DNA of 64,000 bases, taken from Patescibacteria group bacterium (lineage in GTDB: Bacteria > Patescibacteriota > Patescibacteriia > PEXW01). Location: positions 89,771-153,770 of the forward strand of contig JBAZBR010000001.1 of NCBI GenBank assembly GCA_041671325.1, in the 5' to 3' direction. Shown one piece after another: positions 59,790 through 64,000 of this stretch. The position numbers and the translations under genes are program-made. The notes under the pieces are model-generated. The model worked only from the letters and a program-made list of their open reading frames with translations, searched no databases and was not told where the DNA came from. How positions within the stretch are numbered: position 1 is the stretch's first letter; every line of letters begins with the position of its first letter.

Positions 59790-60488
59790 ATGACTTTAAA
59801 ATTACAGGCAAAAATCAGAACAGCTAATAAAACTGAAAAGATAAAAATCCGTAAAAGCGGTTTAATCCCAGCGGTTTTATATGGCCACGGCATCAAGAAC
59901 CAAAACTTGTCAGTAGAAAAAAAGGTTTTTGAGAAAATTTATCGCGAGGCGGGAGAATCCACGATTATTGAGACAGAAATTGAAGGCCAACACCCAGTAA
60001 AAGCCTTAATTCAAGATGTAACCCGTCACCCGACAACCGGCGATATCTTGCATGTGGATTTTTATCAAATCAGAATGGATGAAAAAATTACCCACGATAT
60101 CCCGTTGAGTTTTGTTGGTGAATCCAAGGCTGTTAAAGAGCTGGGAGGCATTTTGGTAAAAAATCTCTCTACACTTTCAATTCGCTGCTTGCCTGCTGAT
60201 TTGCCATCCGAATTAACAGTAGACATTTCAATTCTATTGGATTTTGAATCACGTATAACAGTGGCCGAGTTAATTGCACCTAAGGGCGTAGAAATTTTAG
60301 CCAAACCCGAAGAGGTCTTAGCCGTGGTTGAACCGCCAAGGAGCGAAGAAGAACTTAAGGCTTTGGATGAAAAAGTTGAAGAAAAGATAGAAGAAGTGGA
60401 AAAAGTAGAGAAGGAAAAGAAAGAGGAAGAACCTGAAGTCGAGGGAACAGAAAAACCAAAGGCTGAAACCAAACCCGAAAAGAAATAA
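59790..60488 (+). CDS. rplY: 50S ribosomal protein L25 (CTC type)
   Basis: IPAVLYG, HP...ILHVDF, GES.AVK..GG and acidic tail. Confidence 0.95.
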   Translation: MTLKLQAKIRTANKTEKIKIRKSGLIPAVLYGHGIKNQNLSVEKKVFEKIYREAGESTIIETEIEGQHPVKALIQDVTRHPTTGDILHVDFYQIRMDEKITHDIPLSFVGESKAVKELGGILVKNLSTLSIRCLPADLPSELTVDISILLDFESRITVAELIAPKGVEILAKPEEVLAVVEPPRSEEELKALDEKVEEKIEEVEKVEKEKKEEEPEVEGTEKPKAETKPEKK

Positions 60489-60498
60489 AATAAAGGAT

Positions 60499-61578
60499 AT
60501 GGGCATAAAATTAACTGATAGTCCAAAAGATTACACTTTTGGTAAAAGGAAAAACCGGTGGCCTTGGATAATTGCCGGGGGTTCAATTGCTTTAATTTTG
60601 ATCGGAGTAGGCGCATATTTAGTCTACGGAAAAACTATTGATTCAAGCGACGCAGGAAAAAATAAAAGAATAACTGAAATAATGCCAAGGGTTTTGGATG
60701 GGGTATTGCTTGAAGGCGAGAAGGCCAACCTTTTTCCGCTTTGTATTATGATTGATAACCATTCCAGCGTTCGGCCGCAATCCGGGTTAAGCAAGGCTGG
60801 GGTGGTTTATGAAGTTCTGGCTGAAGGAGGGATAACCAGGTTTATGGCAGTCTTTGCCGTGAATGGTGATGTTGAATTTGGGCCTATCAGGTCGGCTCGG
60901 CCGTATTTTGTTGATTTAGCCCGGGAATATAACTGCCTTTTCCTCCATGCCGGGGCTTCGCCTCAGGGGGATGAGGAAATAATAAATACCAATATTTTAG
61001 ATTTTAACCAGCGTTATCATCCTACAAGTTTTTATCGCATTCCTGGCTCGCCTTATGATCATGTGCTTTATGAGCACACGCTTTTTTCCAATCTTGGGAA
61101 GATTGAAATCAGCCGCGTTGCCATGAAAATTAAAGATCGGGGGACATATGAAGGCTGGCCGTTTAAAGAAGACGCACCCGTGGCTAACCCAAGCTTAAAA
61201 AATATAGTTGTTGATTTTTCAACTTCAGCCTATAAGGTGGAATATATATACAAGAAAGATTCAAATGCATATTTAAGGAAACAAGCCGGTACCATTGCTG
61301 AAGACAAGCAGGATAACTCTGAAATTACCCCAAAGAATGTGGCATTGATGTTCACCAGTTCAACACTCTATGACGAGCTCAGGAGGAATATCAGTGTGGT
61401 TGGCCAGGGTAAGTTGGTTTTATTCCAAGATGGCCAGAGTATTATTGGTACATGGCGGAAATCAAGCCCTGAAAGCCGATTGGAATTCCTGGATTCGACC
61501 GGGGCCAAGCTGGCATTAAACCGGGGCCAAACCTGGGTTGAAGTGATAGATATACCCGAAAAAAATATTACCTATTAA
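60499..61578 (+). CDS. DUF3048 (YerB-like) protein, copy 1
   Basis: IMIDNH..RPQSGL, EGGITRF, GPIRSAR, HAGAS and GQTWVEV. Confidence 0.85.
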   Translation: MGIKLTDSPKDYTFGKRKNRWPWIIAGGSIALILIGVGAYLVYGKTIDSSDAGKNKRITEIMPRVLDGVLLEGEKANLFPLCIMIDNHSSVRPQSGLSKAGVVYEVLAEGGITRFMAVFAVNGDVEFGPIRSARPYFVDLAREYNCLFLHAGASPQGDEEIINTNILDFNQRYHPTSFYRIPGSPYDHVLYEHTLFSNLGKIEISRVAMKIKDRGTYEGWPFKEDAPVANPSLKNIVVDFSTSAYKVEYIYKKDSNAYLRKQAGTIAEDKQDNSEITPKNVALMFTSSTLYDELRRNISVVGQGKLVLFQDGQSIIGTWRKSSPESRLEFLDSTGAKLALNRGQTWVEVIDIPEKNITY

Positions 61579-61598
61579 TTATTAATTTATTAAAACCC

Positions 61599-62816
61599 AT
61601 GCCGCCAAAACCAACAGTGCAAAAAAATAATCAAAATAATCAAAGTAAAAAGCCCGATGATACGGAAAAAATTGAAGACCAAACCCAAGACGACTTGAAA
61701 ATTTTAGAGGAACAGAAATCCCCAGAAAAGAAAAAGCCTAATTCAAAAAATCCACCGGTGAAAAAATCGACTCGTTGGTTATTTTTGGTATTAGGCGCAG
61801 TTGCCATAGCCATTATTGTTACGGGCATTGGTTATATGATTTGGGCGCCAAAAACCGAACAGGCTGCAGACACAGAGACAAATACAAACCAACCTGTAAT
61901 AGAAAATCCAGACTTGCCAGATTTGATGGGTGGCGATCGTTTTGATAGAGGGCATTATTATCCCGTTGCCATTATGATAGACAATCTCGCGCCGGCCCGT
62001 CCGCAATCCGGTTTGCAAGCCGCTTCCGTGGTTTATGAAGCTTTGGTTGAAGGCGGTATCACCAGGTTTATGGCTGTTTTTGACCATGGCGATATCAGCC
62101 AGATTGGGCCTGTCAGATCTGCCCGGCCGTACTTTTTGTCATGGTTAGCCGAATACGATGCAGCCTATGCCCATGCCGGCGGTTCGCCAGAGGCTTTAGG
62201 CAACATCAATAAAAATCGTGTCCATGATATTAATGCTTTAAGCAAAGCTTCCAGGGCTTTTTACCGCGACAAAACCCGGCCAGCTCCACATAACCTGTAC
62301 ACAACTTCAAATTCAATGTATACAACGACCCAAGCCATGAAACTGAAAATTTCTGATGTTGATTTGGTTTCTTGGCAATTTGCCACTAGTCTGGATGCTT
62401 TGCCAACCGCCGCAGTTGATATTAAAAAAGTAACTTTGAATTTTTCAGGCAGTTCAAAAAGTTCTGAAGTCTCTTATACATACGACGCGGTAAACCAAAA
62501 CTTTTTGCGCAATTCAGCCGGCAAAAGCCATGAGGATCGTTTAACAAAAGCTCAAATTAAAGTGAAAAACTTAATAATCCAGACAATTTCAAATAAAATT
62601 ATTGCTGGCGAGAAAGGCCGGTTAACCATGACAGTGACCGGTACTGGTAAGGCTAAAATTTTCCAAAACGGAAAAGTTTTTGATGCCACCTGGACAAAAA
62701 CCGATGAAAATTCAAGGACAATATTTACCTTAGCCGATGGAAGCCAAGTTAAGTTTCAGGTTGGTAATACCTGGATAGAAGTTTTGCCTGAAGGCCGGAC
62801 TGTGGTTATTGAATGA
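61599..62816 (+). CDS. DUF3048 (YerB-like) protein, copy 2
   Basis: IMIDN..ARPQSGL, EGGITRF, GPVRSAR, APHNLY and GNTWIEV. Confidence 0.85.
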   Translation: MPPKPTVQKNNQNNQSKKPDDTEKIEDQTQDDLKILEEQKSPEKKKPNSKNPPVKKSTRWLFLVLGAVAIAIIVTGIGYMIWAPKTEQAADTETNTNQPVIENPDLPDLMGGDRFDRGHYYPVAIMIDNLAPARPQSGLQAASVVYEALVEGGITRFMAVFDHGDISQIGPVRSARPYFLSWLAEYDAAYAHAGGSPEALGNINKNRVHDINALSKASRAFYRDKTRPAPHNLYTTSNSMYTTTQAMKLKISDVDLVSWQFATSLDALPTAAVDIKKVTLNFSGSSKSSEVSYTYDAVNQNFLRNSAGKSHEDRLTKAQIKVKNLIIQTISNKIIAGEKGRLTMTVTGTGKAKIFQNGKVFDATWTKTDENSRTIFTLADGSQVKFQVGNTWIEVLPEGRTVVIE

Positions 62817-63637
62817 CCAAAAAACCTAAAGTCAAATTATTGCTGATAGATCTGGACGATACGCTTATCGGTCCAGATCTTCAGGTTTCCCTAAAAAACC
62901 GGCAAGCCATAAAAAAAGCCATTCGTGCTGGCATTAAAGTAACTTTAGCAACTGGTCGGACGCTTACCACTACCCTGCCTTTTGCTCTGAAGCTAGGCCT
63001 GACCCACACCTTGGTTTGTTTTCAAGGCGCTTTGTTGACGGGCAAGAGCAAGCGATTATCTTCACGTACCATGCCGCCCCAGCATTATCTAGATATCATT
63101 AGATTTGGCTTGCAATACAAAGTCCAAATTTGTGTATACGCATTGGACCACGATACGGTCTTTTTCCAAAGGCCTTTAAACCGGTATGGCAAGGAATATT
63201 TGGATAAAATTGAACAAGTAAGGCAGATCAGCTTGGTGAACTTATTAAATTATCCTTTTACCCACCCCCCGATCAAGATAATGTTAATTGCCCATCCGGA
63301 AACCATCATAAAATTGGAGAAAGAGGCTCGTAAGAAATTTGATAATACACTTTACATAACCCGTACCCGAAATACCTTGTTGGAATTTTTGCACCCCCAA
63401 GTGAATAAAGGTTACGCGCTGAAAAAATTAGTTGAACATTATAATTTGGACATTTCTCAAACTGCAGCCATTGGCGACGGTTACAATGACATTCCCATGC
63501 TAAAAACTGCTGGCGTTTCTTTTGCCGTAAAGAACGCTCCAGCCAAGGTAGAAAGATCTGCCGATTATGTCGTCTCATCTTGGGACCAAGACGGTGTAGC
63601 CGAAGCGATTGAGCGGATCTTAAAAAACCAATATTAA
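62813..63637 (+). CDS. Cof-type HAD-IIB hydrolase
   Basis: DLDDTL, ATGR, VNKG and IGDGYNDIPML motifs. Confidence 0.92.
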   Translation: MTKKPKVKLLLIDLDDTLIGPDLQVSLKNRQAIKKAIRAGIKVTLATGRTLTTTLPFALKLGLTHTLVCFQGALLTGKSKRLSSRTMPPQHYLDIIRFGLQYKVQICVYALDHDTVFFQRPLNRYGKEYLDKIEQVRQISLVNLLNYPFTHPPIKIMLIAHPETIIKLEKEARKKFDNTLYITRTRNTLLEFLHPQVNKGYALKKLVEHYNLDISQTAAIGDGYNDIPMLKTAGVSFAVKNAPAKVERSADYVVSSWDQDGVAEAIERILKNQY

Positions 63638-63666
63638 TCCTTGAATTCGTGTTAAAATATGCCCAT

Positions 63667-64000
63667 ATGCACAAGGCTTTTTCCTTAACCAACGGGGTTA
63701 GGGTTCTGACCTCGCCCTTAAAAGAAACCCAGGCAGTCACTGTCATGGTTTTTGTTAAAGTAGGTTCCCGCTATGAGACCCAGGAATTAAATGGCGCTTC
63801 GCATTTTTTGGAACACATGATGTTCAAAGGTACTCAGCGCCGGCCAAATACCCTGATGATTTCCAAAGAATTGGATGGGATCGGTGCGGAATATAATGCC
63901 TTCACTTCCAAAGACCATACTGGTTATTATATTAAAACCAATCATCAACATATTGACCTGGCTTTGGACATGCTTTCAGATATGTTAGTTAATTCTAAAT
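63667..64000 (+). CDS. M16 (pitrilysin) family peptidase, truncated by the window edge
   Basis: MHKAFSLTNGVRV...VGSRYE...GASHFLEHMMFKGT (HxxEH). Confidence 0.9.
   Translation, partial: MHKAFSLTNGVRVLTSPLKETQAVTVMVFVKVGSRYETQELNGASHFLEHMMFKGTQRRPNTLMISKELDGIGAEYNAFTSKDHTGYYIKTNHQHIDLALDMLSDMLVNSK

Noticed and set aside
60499-62816. Tandem DUF3048 paralogues as a novel system
   Set aside because: A simple diverged duplication of a known family with no further unusual signal.

Overview
Mostly housekeeping, AT-rich bacterial chromosome segment (genetic code 11) with the gene content and intergenic style of a Patescibacteria/CPR genome. Parcubacteria-like is an inference, and rplA is present. 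It carries tatD, rmuC, three ABC systems, an MFS transporter, a UvrD-nuclease fusion, pheS/pheT, gyrB, secE-nusG-rplK-rplA, a pyrimidine/thymidylate cluster (dCMP deaminase, kinase, dut, pyrF, pyrE, thyX, tmk), gatB, miaA, a nine-dockerin subtilase, thrS, dnaE, rodA, rplY, two DUF3048-like genes, a Cof hydrolase and a partial M16 peptidase. No rRNA, tRNA, CRISPR array, transposase or prophage was seen. The notable signals are intergenic: (1) a ~680-nt highly base-paired transcript with its own promoter and terminator (47069-47748), flanked by two 104-bp MITE-like elements that each duplicate TTGA in a -35 box; (2) three tandem diverged ~200-nt structured transcription units, each with an 11-12 aa micro-ORF (12696-13447); (3) a self-contained unit encoding two related 15-16 aa FLLDP peptides (51386-51665); (4) a thrS T-box with an ultrashort stem I; (5) a leader-peptide attenuator upstream of the MFS gene. 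All calls were made by eye from the sequence and ORF track; no searches or folding programs were run.
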